64,000 bases of DNA from a virus. Shown one piece after another: positions 18,300 to 28,560 of the stretch. The DNA lies in IMG/VR virus record IMGVR_UViG_3300050190_000082, positions 1 to 64,000 of that record, one strand, 5' to 3'. The notes beneath the pieces are model-generated. The model saw only the letters and a program-made list of their open reading frames with translations. It was not told where the DNA came from and searched no databases. The translations under genes were made by a program, and so were the position numbers. Position 1 is the stretch's first letter, and each line of letters opens with the position of its first letter.

Positions 18300-18875
18300 A
18301 TGGATACAAATAATGAATATAGAACAATGTGCATGGAATCACCTGAAATACAAACCAATTGGAATCCTTTAGTTGGAGATTTCATGCTTACTAAATCTTC
18401 ATATTGTGATGAAGGTAACAACAATTGTACAGAAAATAAACCATGTTCTCATTGTTTAGAGATGGGTAATGTATATGTTATATCAGGTAAATATGATTAT
18501 GATAAATCAGTTGGAGGTACTCATTGGTTCTTTGGTGGAGGAGCTTGTGTGAATGATGGAGGACATATTTGTAATGATACTCATTGTTCTATTATGTCAG
18601 AGAGTGGATTTTCAACAATACGTCCAAGTCCATTTAAATGTTCACCAGATGATATGTTGTGGATGCCTAGACAAGATCAAATTCAATCAATGTTTTTAAA
18701 TGGACTGACAAATCACTCCAAAACCAGACATTTTATAGAATGGTTAGACACCGAAGCTGAATACAATGCTTATACATATTCATTAGAAATGCTATGGTTA
18801 ATGTTTTATATGTGCGAGGTTCATAATAAACAGTGGAATCCAATGAGTAATATTAAGAAATGGGAGGATATTTAA
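18300..18875 (+). CDS. Hypothetical phage protein
   Basis: Y..MC...EIQ..W.P..GD and WMPRQDQIQ..EMLWL.F.M motifs. Confidence 0.65.
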   Translation: MDTNNEYRTMCMESPEIQTNWNPLVGDFMLTKSSYCDEGNNNCTENKPCSHCLEMGNVYVISGKYDYDKSVGGTHWFFGGGACVNDGGHICNDTHCSIMSESGFSTIRPSPFKCSPDDMLWMPRQDQIQSMFLNGLTNHSKTRHFIEWLDTEAEYNAYTYSLEMLWLMFYMCEVHNKQWNPMSNIKKWEDI

Positions 18876-18941
18876 GTATAATCCATTTACAAATGTGAAA
18901 TAATAATACTATTCCACAAATATAAAGAAGGTAGTATTATT

Positions 18942-19166
18942 ATGAAACGACTTCTAAATGGGTATGTTGAAACTTTCTATGTTCTAGGGAATAGAGCAGG
19001 TAATGCGTTTATAAATCACAGTAGTAGCAAAATTCTTATTACAGATCCTATGAAGTCTAGAAAATTTGAAAATCTTAAAGAAGCATTAGATTTTGCAGAA
19101 GAAAACAAAAATACCTATGAGCCTTTATTCCCACATCAAATTAAGGTTACAGTTGAGTTGATTTAG
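18942..19166 (+). CDS. Hypothetical protein
   Basis: SD GAAGGT; followed by a TAGTGC...GCACTA hairpin. Confidence 0.55.
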   Translation: MKRLLNGYVETFYVLGNRAGNAFINHSSSKILITDPMKSRKFENLKEALDFAEENKNTYEPLFPHQIKVTVELI

Positions 19167-19242
19167 TTTTAGACGTATAGTGCCATATAATATTGTTTGG
19201 TTTATATTGCACTATAAATACATAAAGAGAGGGAGTTAATAA

Positions 19243-19464
19243 ATGCCTAGAATAGTTACTATATTCAATCAAGAGATATCAGTCCCAGCGTGGCAACATT
19301 GTAATGACCAAGCGAGTGAAGGAACGAGAGGTAGTTACTATTGTAAGTTTTTAAAAGGTGAGAAAAATGAAAGAAGTTGTAGGTTATTTGAGAAAAGTTT
19401 ATTTGCTTCATATGAATGGGTTAATAAATGTGATGAGTGCTTAGAGAAGTCAAAATTAGACTAA
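19243..19464 (+). CDS. Hypothetical Cys-rich protein
   Basis: SD GAGGGAG. Confidence 0.55.
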   Translation: MPRIVTIFNQEISVPAWQHCNDQASEGTRGSYYCKFLKGEKNERSCRLFEKSLFASYEWVNKCDECLEKSKLD

Positions 19465-19529
19465 ATACATAATAGATTAAATTATGCATTTCTTGGCATT
19501 AAATAAAAAAAGAAAGAAGGAAAATTATA

Positions 19530-19877
19530 ATGTATAAAAAAGGTGTATCTTATCAATTTGATGTTAAAGGACTAGGAGAATTTAGGTTTATATTTTCAAG
19601 GAATTGTGATATTACTCCCGGTAAAGGAGGCAGGTATTATTTTGAATCATATTGGAATCCAGATAATTATGGATTAGTAGATTTCATTGTTGGTTATTAT
19701 GTTGATGATATTGAAGATGAAGTCAGACGATTGAAAGATGATTTGAGTTATTTTATTGACGGTGCTAGAACTTCTTGTCAATGTCGTATTGATTCTGGTC
19801 ATGATGATGAAGGAGTTTATGAAAGTATTCTTAATGATTATTTTGAGGAAGAATATGTTCCAACGGAGGATAAATAG
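19530..19877 (+). CDS. Hypothetical protein
   Basis: SD GAAGGA. Confidence 0.6.
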   Translation: MYKKGVSYQFDVKGLGEFRFIFSRNCDITPGKGGRYYFESYWNPDNYGLVDFIVGYYVDDIEDEVRRLKDDLSYFIDGARTSCQCRIDSGHDDEGVYESILNDYFEEEYVPTEDK

Positions 19878-20083
19878 TTATGCAATGCTTTACATGTAAA
19901 ACGGAAATGGTCTGTGTGGACGATGTAAATGAAATTAGTGTCAGAATGGATTTTGTAAAGTGTCTTAAATGCAATTCGGAAGCTGAAATTTATTATAGCA
20001 ACAATGCTGAGTACATAAAAGAAGTAGTATGGAGAAGGGATTAAAACTGATCTTTCATTTGTTTAAGAAAGGAAAGTGTAAAA

Positions 20084-20365
20084 ATGGAATTGGAATTTGT
20101 AAATGTTATTGATGTAATTCAACACGCAGTGGATAAAATATGCAAGCAAGAATATAAAAATGATAAAGATTGTCCACCTAGATTTATAGTAAGTCAATAT
20201 GATAAATCAAACGAGAAAGGAGAATTTATTGGACATGAAATTGTTTTAACTATTAAACATATGAATTCGAAGCGTACAAGAACTATTTTCCCTAAATTAG
20301 AATTTAAATATGGGTATGAACCATTAAAAGATGAAATGAAGTGGCTATATAATTCAACGATGTAA
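20084..20365 (+). CDS. Hypothetical protein
   Basis: Between dyad sites 20042 and 20370. Confidence 0.6.
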   Translation: MELEFVNVIDVIQHAVDKICKQEYKNDKDCPPRFIVSQYDKSNEKGEFIGHEIVLTIKHMNSKRTRTIFPKLEFKYGYEPLKDEMKWLYNSTM

Positions 20366-20556
20366 CACATCAAATTAACCTTTTAGCTGGTCAGGTGAAA
20401 GGAAGTACGAGATGAAATCATGTAAAACATGTAAATGGAGCAATCCAGATACAAAATTACCTTGTGGTTATTGTGATAATTTTTCAGAGTGGAAAGACGT
20501 TGAGGAATTCAAGAAACAAATGAAGAACTGATTTTATGCTATAGAAAGGAGAAATA

Positions 20557-20805
20557 ATGTTGAAATATGTAGGAGAGTTTACTGCTGAAGTAGAGAATTG
20601 TGGTCAATTGCCTTTTAATGAAACTAATACTGAATTAGATGATATTTTTACGGTAGTCAATATTCTCACTGATTTAACGTACAGGAGAATAGAAGAGGCT
20701 ATTATTGAACTGGAGAAAAGCGAAAAGCCAAACTTAGGATATATTGAGTTGTATAAAAATATGAGAACTTATAAACGTATTTTAGATGGGTTTGAGGGCA
20801 TTTAA
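20557..20805 (+). CDS. Hypothetical protein
   Basis: Between dyad sites 20521 and 20804; SD AAAGGAG. Confidence 0.6.
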   Translation: MLKYVGEFTAEVENCGQLPFNETNTELDDIFTVVNILTDLTYRRIEEAIIELEKSEKPNLGYIELYKNMRTYKRILDGFEGI

Positions 20806-21026
20806 AAAAGAGAATTTTATTGTAATATAATAAGAAAGAAGGAAAATAATAATGGTTAAGAAGTGGTTCCCAGTTGTTTTATATATAATTGTTGCGTCTA
20901 TTATTGATTCATATATCCCTGTCAATTGTCATTACACATTTGGATTTATGGCTGGTATTTTTGTTATACCTGTTACAATTACAAAATAAAGGAGGAGTTT
21001 TATTCTGATACAAAGGGAGTTGAAGT

Positions 21027-21215
21027 ATGAGTTACGAATGGGTATATGAAATACTCAAAGACATTGATGATAGAGACTTTAAAAATTGTAAAAAAGATTG
21101 CTATAAAACGAATTGTAAATATATTAAAGAGTGCAGTTCGTACCATTATAAACATAGAGAAGAATTTGCATTGCAAGATTTATTGGAAGAAATTAAAAAG
21201 GGAGATAATCAATGA
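21027..21215 (+). CDS. Hypothetical protein
   Basis: SD AAGGGAG. Confidence 0.5.
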   Translation: MSYEWVYEILKDIDDRDFKNCKKDCYKTNCKYIKECSSYHYKHREEFALQDLLEEIKKGDNQ

Positions 21216-21590
21216 TTAGGAAAAATCAAATACTTTGTAAATTATGTTCAAAGATATTTTTTAAATCAAATAAAGTTAAAGATGTTAATAATAGAGAATA
21301 TGAAATTTGCCCTTATTGTGGGTCTAAATGGATTTCATATCTTACGTTTCCTAATTAGCATCAAACATAATTTTCAAGGGAATAGAAAGAAGGAGTACGA
21401 TTATGGAGAATACATGGGATAATTTTCTACAGGAAATGAGAGAATGCGATATGGTTGAAGATGTAGATGATCCTAATGATAATTTATACGAACTTGAAGA
21501 AGTTCTGGAAAAGATTGAGTCATTGACCAGAAAGGCTCAAAAGCTTACTAAAAAAATACGGATTAAAAATAGAAAAAACTAAAATAAACC

Positions 21591-21619
21591 TTGCAATTTA
21601 TATACTAATGTAATATAAT
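21591..21619 (+). promoter_or_regulatory. sigmaA promoter for the MTase-helicase pair
   Basis: TTGCAA-17bp-TATAAT. Confidence 0.65.
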
Positions 21620-21648
21620 ATACTTACATTCACTAACATAGAAACGAG

Positions 21649-22980
21649 TTGATACATATGGCATATTCAGGCTATGCGGATTCCAAGCTCATGTACTATC
21701 CTACGGAATCTTTTGAAACACATCGCTTACTAGGTCTCCTTGGTAGAATAGATATTGATTACACAAAGAAAGGTTATCTAAAAGAATATGTCTTGTCTAA
21801 AGAAGAATACACAAAAATAGCTTGTAATGCACTAGACAACCAAGTCCCTATTGATTATTGTTATTACGATAGCTGGTTAAACGCAAAACAGTATGACAAT
21901 ATTAAGAAATACTGTGAATATACTATCGGGTTTGGAGATAAATTACCCATAGTAATCTCAGATTTGTGGGCTGGTGAAGGTAACTGGTTAGACAGTTTTA
22001 AGTCATTCATCCCCATAAAAAAGAATAGTAATGAATTTATTCTTGTTGCTAACGAATTAGAAGAGAATAGATATAATGTTATTAATAACAATCCTAATAT
22101 TAAAGACTCATATAATGAAGCATTTGAGGATCTTAAACAAATACCTAAGCAATCTATTTCTCTTATGCTTTTTAATCCTCCTTATGGCTCGACAAACGGT
22201 ACAAGGAATATCAAGTTCTACTTAAATATGCTACTTGAAAAACAATTTCTCTATAATCCAACAACATCAAAAGATTATAAATCTGCATATGTAGCATTTG
22301 TAATTCGCAAAGATGATTTTCTTGACTCCCTAGATTTATTATCTAAAAACTTTGATATTCTTAAAAATTCAATATACAAAACAAATCCAGAAGAATATGC
22401 TAAATTTAAGCAGTACATTTTTATTGCAAAACTAAAACGATTCCCCTATGACTTAACAAAAACAATGGATGCTATGGATTTTCAGAAGCAATATAATGAT
22501 GTAAAATCAATAATTGAATCTGAACCAGAATTCAATTTGAGAATGTACAATACATATCAACAAATAAATCTTCCATATATTGATTATGAAACTGCAAAAG
22601 AAAATAATAAATATATAGAAGAACCTGAAGTACATATTAGTAAAAATGATTCTATGTGGAAATGGATTAAAGGAATTACAGAATTAAAAGATTTAGGTGA
22701 AGAAAAGTTAGTTGTTCCTAAACCATTAAAATTAGGAGAAATAAGTAATCTCCTAGCATCAGGTAAAATTAATGGAGAAATATCATTAGACGGTAGAGGT
22801 AAACATATTGCAATTGGTGGTACTAAAAGTATTCAAAAGAAAGAAGTAACATCATATAAAGATGATAATGGGGATAAGATTACAGAAACTAAAATCATTA
22901 AGATGAGTCTGCCATATTTAAATATTTTATGTTCAGAGAATGGATTATTAACTATCAAGGAGTTAGGAGAGAGTGAATGA
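21649..22980 (+). CDS. SAM-dependent amino-DNA methyltransferase (DUF6094-like)
   Basis: YYPT, motif I DLWAGEG, NELE..R, motif IV LFNPPY. Confidence 0.8.
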   Translation: MIHMAYSGYADSKLMYYPTESFETHRLLGLLGRIDIDYTKKGYLKEYVLSKEEYTKIACNALDNQVPIDYCYYDSWLNAKQYDNIKKYCEYTIGFGDKLPIVISDLWAGEGNWLDSFKSFIPIKKNSNEFILVANELEENRYNVINNNPNIKDSYNEAFEDLKQIPKQSISLMLFNPPYGSTNGTRNIKFYLNMLLEKQFLYNPTTSKDYKSAYVAFVIRKDDFLDSLDLLSKNFDILKNSIYKTNPEEYAKFKQYIFIAKLKRFPYDLTKTMDAMDFQKQYNDVKSIIESEPEFNLRMYNTYQQINLPYIDYETAKENNKYIEEPEVHISKNDSMWKWIKGITELKDLGEEKLVVPKPLKLGEISNLLASGKINGEISLDGRGKHIAIGGTKSIQKKEVTSYKDDNGDKITETKIIKMSLPYLNILCSENGLLTIKELGESE

Positions 22981-25514
22981 TACCATACCTAAGAACAACT
23001 GATAAAAACACGATTAATTGCAATTCTGATCTTGTGATTCTTGATAGTACAGAAGTGATATTAATTAGCTTATGTGATTTGAATATCAAGAACAGAAAAA
23101 TATGTGCTGATTTAATATCACATTCCTATCAAGTTTCACTAAGGGACAGAGAAGATATATTCTTTGAGCAGACATTATATGGTCATGAAAATCATTATAG
23201 ATATAAATCTGACAGAATGGATAATGATTTAACTCATACAATTATTTACAATACTAAAATTAATGATTATTGTATCAACTGGGGAAATGAAGACAAGAAT
23301 GTAATTATCACAAAATATCTTAGGAATATTCACTATTTACCCGTCAAAAGTGAAGTCGTTAGTATGATTCTTGATAAAGATGAAGATAGTAAGTATTATA
23401 GTTGTGTAAGCGAATGCACAGTCCATACTAATAATCCCTTGTATGCTGAATTGAAAGTTTATAAAATAAATGTTACTTACTTTAGAGAGAAACTAAATGC
23501 TCTAACATTAGAAGGATATCAAGATGATTTTGATTGGTCGCAGATAGAGGATATCGAGAATTACATATTCACATTTCTTGAGCCAATTAAAGAGCGATTG
23601 AAACAGACTGTAAAAATATTGTATGATCCAAACAATATCAATCAGAAAATGTTTGAAGGTAAAATGAAACCATATGATGGTCAAGTGCCAATTATTCAAT
23701 CTGCATTGGAAGTATTAAAAAGGAGTAGATTTGTATATTTAGCTGCTGAGATGGGAGTTGGGAAAACATTAATTGCAACTAAGGCAAACCATTGTCATTT
23801 ATATCAAAACAAGAAAAACTATGTAGCATTGATTGTAGCTCCTGCTATTACATTAACTCAATGGGAAGAAGAAATTAAGAATAGCATCTCTGATAAAGTG
23901 GATATTCACATAATCAAAAAGACATCTGAATTTATTAAAATTTACAATAAGAGCAAGATGAATTTTGATAAACCTACATACTTTCTTGTTGGGAAAGAAA
24001 CATTTAAACTTGATGCAAAAAGAGTATCTGGTGTAAATATTAAAACTAGGGAAATTAAGTATAAAAAAGAAGTACAAAAATATAGTTGGAATAGTATAGA
24101 AGAAGTCAAGGAGAAAATTACTATTGCATGTTGTCCTGACTGTGGTAAACCACTACAGAATGAATTAAGAAAAAAGGAAGATGTATTCTTTACTGAAGAA
24201 GATTTTAATGGCAATCCTAAGAAAAGTAATTATAAATGTGGACAATGTGGTGCTGTATTATGGCAGAGTGTTTATGATAAAACAAAGAAAACTAGTCTGA
24301 TTCATTTTATAAAGACTAAGAATTTACATTTTGATTCTGTAATTAATGATGAGATTCACGAATCTAATTCAAGTAATTCAATTATTGGGAATGCAACTAG
24401 AACATTGTTTAATTATGCTAAGAAGATAATTCTACTCTCAGGGACAAGTAATTCAGGATATAGTTCATCCTTCCACTCACTTTTTATGGGTTTAATGCCC
24501 AATAAACTTAAAGCAAATAATGTTTTAGATATTCAACAATTCATTAAAACTTATGGAACGTTAATGGCAGTTAGTAAAAAGAAAGATGGAGAATATTATC
24601 GTTCAGGTCGTAGTGAAATTAAGGATAGTGAATTTAAAGAGATTGAAGGAATTAATCCTATTGTCTTTGCAAAGTATCTTGTTGAGAATTACATATTTGC
24701 CACACTAGAAGACTTAGGAAAGGATCTGCCGGACTTAAATGAGTATTACGTCCCAATACATCAAAGCAATCAAATGGAAGGATTAGAAAGGCAATTATGG
24801 AATGATATTAAGTCTGCTAATGCTTTTAATGCCAAGATGTATGAAGATTCAATTGTAAAACATTATGTTAATAATCCATTCAAATGGGATGCTATACCGA
24901 TTGAAAAAGATGGATGTACTTATTCAGTTCAACCAGGATGTATAGATGATGTTATTTTACCTAAAGAACAGAAGTTATTAGGTATAATATTGCAAGAAGT
25001 TTCTGAAGGCAGAAAATGTTGTGTCTATGTTGATTTCAATAATGGTGGAGAATATATGCAAGGTAATACTATTTCTAAGAGGATTGAACTATTGCTGAAT
25101 AAAAATGGGATTAAAACATTTACATTGAAAACTTCGGTTGCTACATATGATAGAAAAGAATTATTAGAGAAAAAGAAAGATGATTTTCAAGTGCTGATAA
25201 CAAATGCAATTCTTGTAAAAGTAGGTATTAACCTTGTTTTTATTCCAACCTATATAAATTATATGCCTAGCTATCATGTTAATATTGTTAGTCAATCAAA
25301 TCGAAGAGGATATAGGGCCAACAGTACCTTGGAAAATAGGATTTATCATTTGTATTATGAAAATAGTTGTGAAAATCCCATCGTTAAGAGATACCAGAGG
25401 AAATTAGCTGAGTCTCAAGCTGTAGAAGGTAAATTTAATGTTTGTATTGAAGACGATGATAGTATTAGAACTGCCAGTAAGCTAGGAAAAAGAATAAGTG
25501 AAGAAGTTATATAA
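22977..25514 (+). CDS. SNF2/SF2 DEAD-like helicase
   Basis: AEMGVGKT, DEIHE, LSGT, GINL, QSNRRGYR; internal CxxC pairs; ATGA-coupled to the MTase. Confidence 0.85.
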   Translation: MIPYLRTTDKNTINCNSDLVILDSTEVILISLCDLNIKNRKICADLISHSYQVSLRDREDIFFEQTLYGHENHYRYKSDRMDNDLTHTIIYNTKINDYCINWGNEDKNVIITKYLRNIHYLPVKSEVVSMILDKDEDSKYYSCVSECTVHTNNPLYAELKVYKINVTYFREKLNALTLEGYQDDFDWSQIEDIENYIFTFLEPIKERLKQTVKILYDPNNINQKMFEGKMKPYDGQVPIIQSALEVLKRSRFVYLAAEMGVGKTLIATKANHCHLYQNKKNYVALIVAPAITLTQWEEEIKNSISDKVDIHIIKKTSEFIKIYNKSKMNFDKPTYFLVGKETFKLDAKRVSGVNIKTREIKYKKEVQKYSWNSIEEVKEKITIACCPDCGKPLQNELRKKEDVFFTEEDFNGNPKKSNYKCGQCGAVLWQSVYDKTKKTSLIHFIKTKNLHFDSVINDEIHESNSSNSIIGNATRTLFNYAKKIILLSGTSNSGYSSSFHSLFMGLMPNKLKANNVLDIQQFIKTYGTLMAVSKKKDGEYYRSGRSEIKDSEFKEIEGINPIVFAKYLVENYIFATLEDLGKDLPDLNEYYVPIHQSNQMEGLERQLWNDIKSANAFNAKMYEDSIVKHYVNNPFKWDAIPIEKDGCTYSVQPGCIDDVILPKEQKLLGIILQEVSEGRKCCVYVDFNNGGEYMQGNTISKRIELLLNKNGIKTFTLKTSVATYDRKELLEKKKDDFQVLITNAILVKVGINLVFIPTYINYMPSYHVNIVSQSNRRGYRANSTLENRIYHLYYENSCENPIVKRYQRKLAESQAVEGKFNVCIEDDDSIRTASKLGKRISEEVI

Positions 25515-25531
25515 CTAATATATAATTTATG

Positions 25532-25560
25532 TTGACTTTGTATCTTATCCGTTATATAAT
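25532..25560 (+). promoter_or_regulatory. sigmaA promoter heading array 2
   Basis: TTGACT-17bp-TATAAT; TAATATATAATTT upstream; first dyad site about 20 bp downstream. Confidence 0.75.
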
Positions 25561-25608
25561 GTTATTATACATAAGAGACATTAAAAGATTGCTTTTAAAG
25601 GACTGGAG

Positions 25609-25920
25609 GTGAGACAAATTAAGAAAATTAGCTTAATAATCATGACTGTCATATTATCAGTAACTTTAACAGGCTGTGGAGCAGACATTGCAAATAACCC
25701 AAAAAAGTTTAAAATCATTGATGTTTCAGCAAATGACTATGGTGTTGTATTACTGTTGCTTGATGAAACAAATAATCGCTTAACTAAACAGACAGTATAT
25801 GATAATTATAAATTTGATGTAGATTTCAAAATTACAAATAAGGAGGAATTGATTGGAAAATATCTTTATAGTGATGCTTACTCAAGTTTTAAACAAGATA
25901 CAGTAATCAAATCTAAATAA
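25609..25920 (+). CDS. Lipoprotein
   Basis: Signal peptide with lipobox LTGC. Confidence 0.7.
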   Translation: MRQIKKISLIIMTVILSVTLTGCGADIANNPKKFKIIDVSANDYGVVLLLLDETNNRLTKQTVYDNYKFDVDFKITNKEELIGKYLYSDAYSSFKQDTVIKSK

Positions 25921-25965
25921 AAAGTCAAATTTATAGTATTACCAAAATATAATAAAAGAGGGGGA

Positions 25966-26616
25966 TTGAAAATGTTCTACGATGAAGACGATAGAGAACC
26001 ATATTACAACCCAGAAGATTTTCTAGAGGAATATGAAGTAAATCTAAGAGATATTATCACCAAAGCAGTTAATGATAAAATTAAAAATACAATTGAAAAA
26101 CTACAATTAGCAGAAGATGAAAATAAGAGACTTGGTAAAGAGGTTGGAGAATTAAAACGTAATGTTTACAACACTGAAAGATTACATAAAGAACAACTGG
26201 ATAAAGCATTAAAAGAGAAAGAGTTAGAAGTCCAGAGGAATTTAAGTTGTGGTTTTACTCCTCATGATAAAGCTTGGTATATAGAATCAAAAGCAAAACA
26301 GACAAAATGCGAACAATGTAATGGAAATTATAATGTAGAAGTTGAAGTATTAGGTAAAAAGACAAAGGTAAGTTGCCCACATTGTTCTTATGGTAATCTA
26401 ACAACTTATACATATTCTGTAAAACAAGATACCGTATCTTCCATTTATTATAATTATCATAGAGAAGACAGAAATAAAAACTATGGAATTGTTCTAAACG
26501 TAGATAAGATATATTTGGATAGATATGATGGTTCTAAAGACCTAAAGAATTTATATAAGACTTTAGAAGAAGCTCAGACAGAATGTGATATTAAGAATAC
26601 AAAGGTAGTAGAATAA
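25966..26616 (+). CDS. Hypothetical coiled-coil/zinc-finger protein
   Basis: CEQCNG...CPHC.YG. Confidence 0.65.
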   Translation: MKMFYDEDDREPYYNPEDFLEEYEVNLRDIITKAVNDKIKNTIEKLQLAEDENKRLGKEVGELKRNVYNTERLHKEQLDKALKEKELEVQRNLSCGFTPHDKAWYIESKAKQTKCEQCNGNYNVEVEVLGKKTKVSCPHCSYGNLTTYTYSVKQDTVSSIYYNYHREDRNKNYGIVLNVDKIYLDRYDGSKDLKNLYKTLEEAQTECDIKNTKVVE

Positions 26617-26646
26617 AAAATTGGTTTCAATTGCTTTGAAAGGAGA

Positions 26647-27324
26647 ATGAATTTGCCACCAGAGTTTGGAATTAGTAATACATATGTCACAGTAAAAGAT
26701 GGAAACGGAAACATTGTTATGGAAGGTACTATGGGAGATATGAAAACTCAAGAAATAAATATTGAGAAAGAGGGCAAAAGTAATATGCAAGATTTTAATA
26801 CCATATCGCGAGGGGATTTTAAAAGTGGCAAGTGTGTTGTTAATTGTAAAACTGAAGCATTAGCAGATGAATTTTTAGCATTATGCGAAGGAAATGGTTT
26901 TAAATGGTGTTCAGGAGAGAGATTATCTGGTTTAAATATGTGGAATAAATATGGTGCAGGTACATGCTATGCCAATTGTTATTCTGATGGTGCATCATAT
27001 GGAATGGAATTTTGCAACACAGATTATTTTAAAAACAATTCAATACCAATTGTAGAATTCACAGGATTTGAAACAAAACCAACTGATAAAGAAATTATTA
27101 AGAATGCTACTCTTACATTAAATGTTTCTCCTCCAACAGAAACAACTAAAGAATCCATAGAAGTAATTTATCATCGTAGTGAGACAATTGTATTGATTAA
27201 AACAGGTGGAAAACATTATAGAGGCGTTTCAAGATGTCATGTTGAAGATACATATAATAAAGAAGTGGGGTTTGGTATTGCATTGGAAAGAGCAAGAGAA
27301 AAACAGAAGGAAGGGAGATATTAA
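26647..27324 (+). CDS. Hypothetical phage protein
   Basis: VVNCKT..G.KW.SG domain plus C-terminal G.S.C..ED.Y..E.G..IA..RA domain. Confidence 0.6.
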   Translation: MNLPPEFGISNTYVTVKDGNGNIVMEGTMGDMKTQEINIEKEGKSNMQDFNTISRGDFKSGKCVVNCKTEALADEFLALCEGNGFKWCSGERLSGLNMWNKYGAGTCYANCYSDGASYGMEFCNTDYFKNNSIPIVEFTGFETKPTDKEIIKNATLTLNVSPPTETTKESIEVIYHRSETIVLIKTGGKHYRGVSRCHVEDTYNKEVGFGIALERAREKQKEGRY

Positions 27325-27610
27325 TATGACAACAGTGCAGTATAAAAAAGGACAAGAATTATTGGAATTAATTAAAATTACAGAGGGGTCATTAAATAGT
27401 CTTAAAGAAATTAAACCAAGAGAAAGATTGGACGGTAAATTTTATGAAGATAATTATTATAATCTTTATGTTGGTAAATATAGTGATGGCTCTTCCAAAG
27501 GAGGTAAACCTTTAAGTAGATATTATGGCAATGAAAGATTATTAGCGGTCATAATTCGAGAATTAGAGGTACAATTAAAAGAATTTAAGGATTTATTCGA
27601 CAAACTTTAA
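27206..27610 (+). CDS. Hypothetical protein
   Basis: True start probably the internal MTTVQY after SD AAGGGAG. Confidence 0.55.
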   Translation: MENIIEAFQDVMLKIHIIKKWGLVLHWKEQEKNRRKGDINMTTVQYKKGQELLELIKITEGSLNSLKEIKPRERLDGKFYEDNYYNLYVGKYSDGSSKGGKPLSRYYGNERLLAVIIRELEVQLKEFKDLFDKL

Positions 27611-27656
27611 AAGTTTCATTTTAACTAGTTAAATAAAAATAATAAGGAGATGTATT

Positions 27657-28070
27657 ATGAGTTGGGATTATAATTATAAATATGCCAAAGTAGAGGATTT
27701 AATGGGCAAGACTTTATCAAGCATTGAAAATAACGATAACGAGGAATTAATATTCCATACAAGTGACGGTAATACATATAAAATGTATCATAATCAAGAT
27801 TGTTGCGAGTGTGTCACTATTGAGGATATTTGTGGAGAGTTGGATGATTTAATAGGAAGCCCCCTTCTCATGGCAGAGGATGTATCTGATACGTCACAGC
27901 CACCAGAGGAAGAAGAAACAGATGATAATTATTTTGATGAAAGCTCTACTTGGACATTCTACAAATTTGCAACGATTAAAGGATATGTAACCATTCGTTG
28001 GTTTGGATCTTCAAATGGTTATTATTCTGAAGGTGTGGATTTTGAAATTTTAAGTAATGGAGGAGAGTAA
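27657..28070 (+). CDS. Conserved phage hypothetical protein
   Basis: [26 protein letters not shown] motif. Confidence 0.7.
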   Translation: MSWDYNYKYAKVEDLMGKTLSSIENNDNEELIFHTSDGNTYKMYHNQDCCECVTIEDICGELDDLIGSPLLMAEDVSDTSQPPEEEETDDNYFDESSTWTFYKFATIKGYVTIRWFGSSNGYYSEGVDFEILSNGGE

Positions 28071-28497
28071 AATGAAGGTAGTAATTAATAAATGCTTTGG
28101 TGGATTTGGCTTATCTCTCAAAGGGCAAAAAAGATTAGGGGAATTGCAAGGGAAAGATATTTACTTTTATGAACAAACAAAATATGGTTTCGATGATGGA
28201 GTAGAAGAATATCAGAAAATTGTAGACTTAGATGATGACGGTACATTTTTTCATGCAGTAACAAAAGATTGTGGAGAACATATATCAAATGAAGAACTCA
28301 ATGAACTTTATTATAGTAATCATAACATTGAGAGAAATGATAAAAACCTAATTAAAGTTGTCGAAGAATTAGGTGAAGAGGCAAATGGTATGTGTGCAAA
28401 TTTAAAGGTTATAGAAATACCTGATGGTATTGAATGGGAAATTGATGATTATGACGGTATGGAGTCTGTTAAAGAATCACATAGGTCTTGGGGATAA
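28057..28497 (+). CDS. Conserved phage hypothetical protein
   Basis: [15 protein letters not shown]...[18 protein letters not shown] motif. Confidence 0.7.
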   Translation: MEESKMKVVINKCFGGFGLSLKGQKRLGELQGKDIYFYEQTKYGFDDGVEEYQKIVDLDDDGTFFHAVTKDCGEHISNEELNELYYSNHNIERNDKNLIKVVEELGEEANGMCANLKVIEIPDGIEWEIDDYDGMESVKESHRSWG

Positions 28498-28560
28498 TTA
28501 TTAGAATAAAACTATTCTTTTAATTCGTTAGATATAATATATAATAAAGGAGAAATTTAA

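Larger units (their letters stand above)
9517..21376. repeat. Dispersed 5-6-5 dyad sites (putative cassette-boundary sites), array 1
   Basis: Site starts: 9517 TAAAA-tcggat-TTTTA; 9599; 10052 TCAAA-tgagga-TTTGA; 10599; 11896; 12160; 12603; 12810 TGAAA-gacgag-TTTCA; 13847; 14041; 16719; 17142; 17522; 17550; 18112; 19478; 20042; 20370; 20521; 20804; 20987; 21361. All at gene junctions. Confidence 0.75.
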
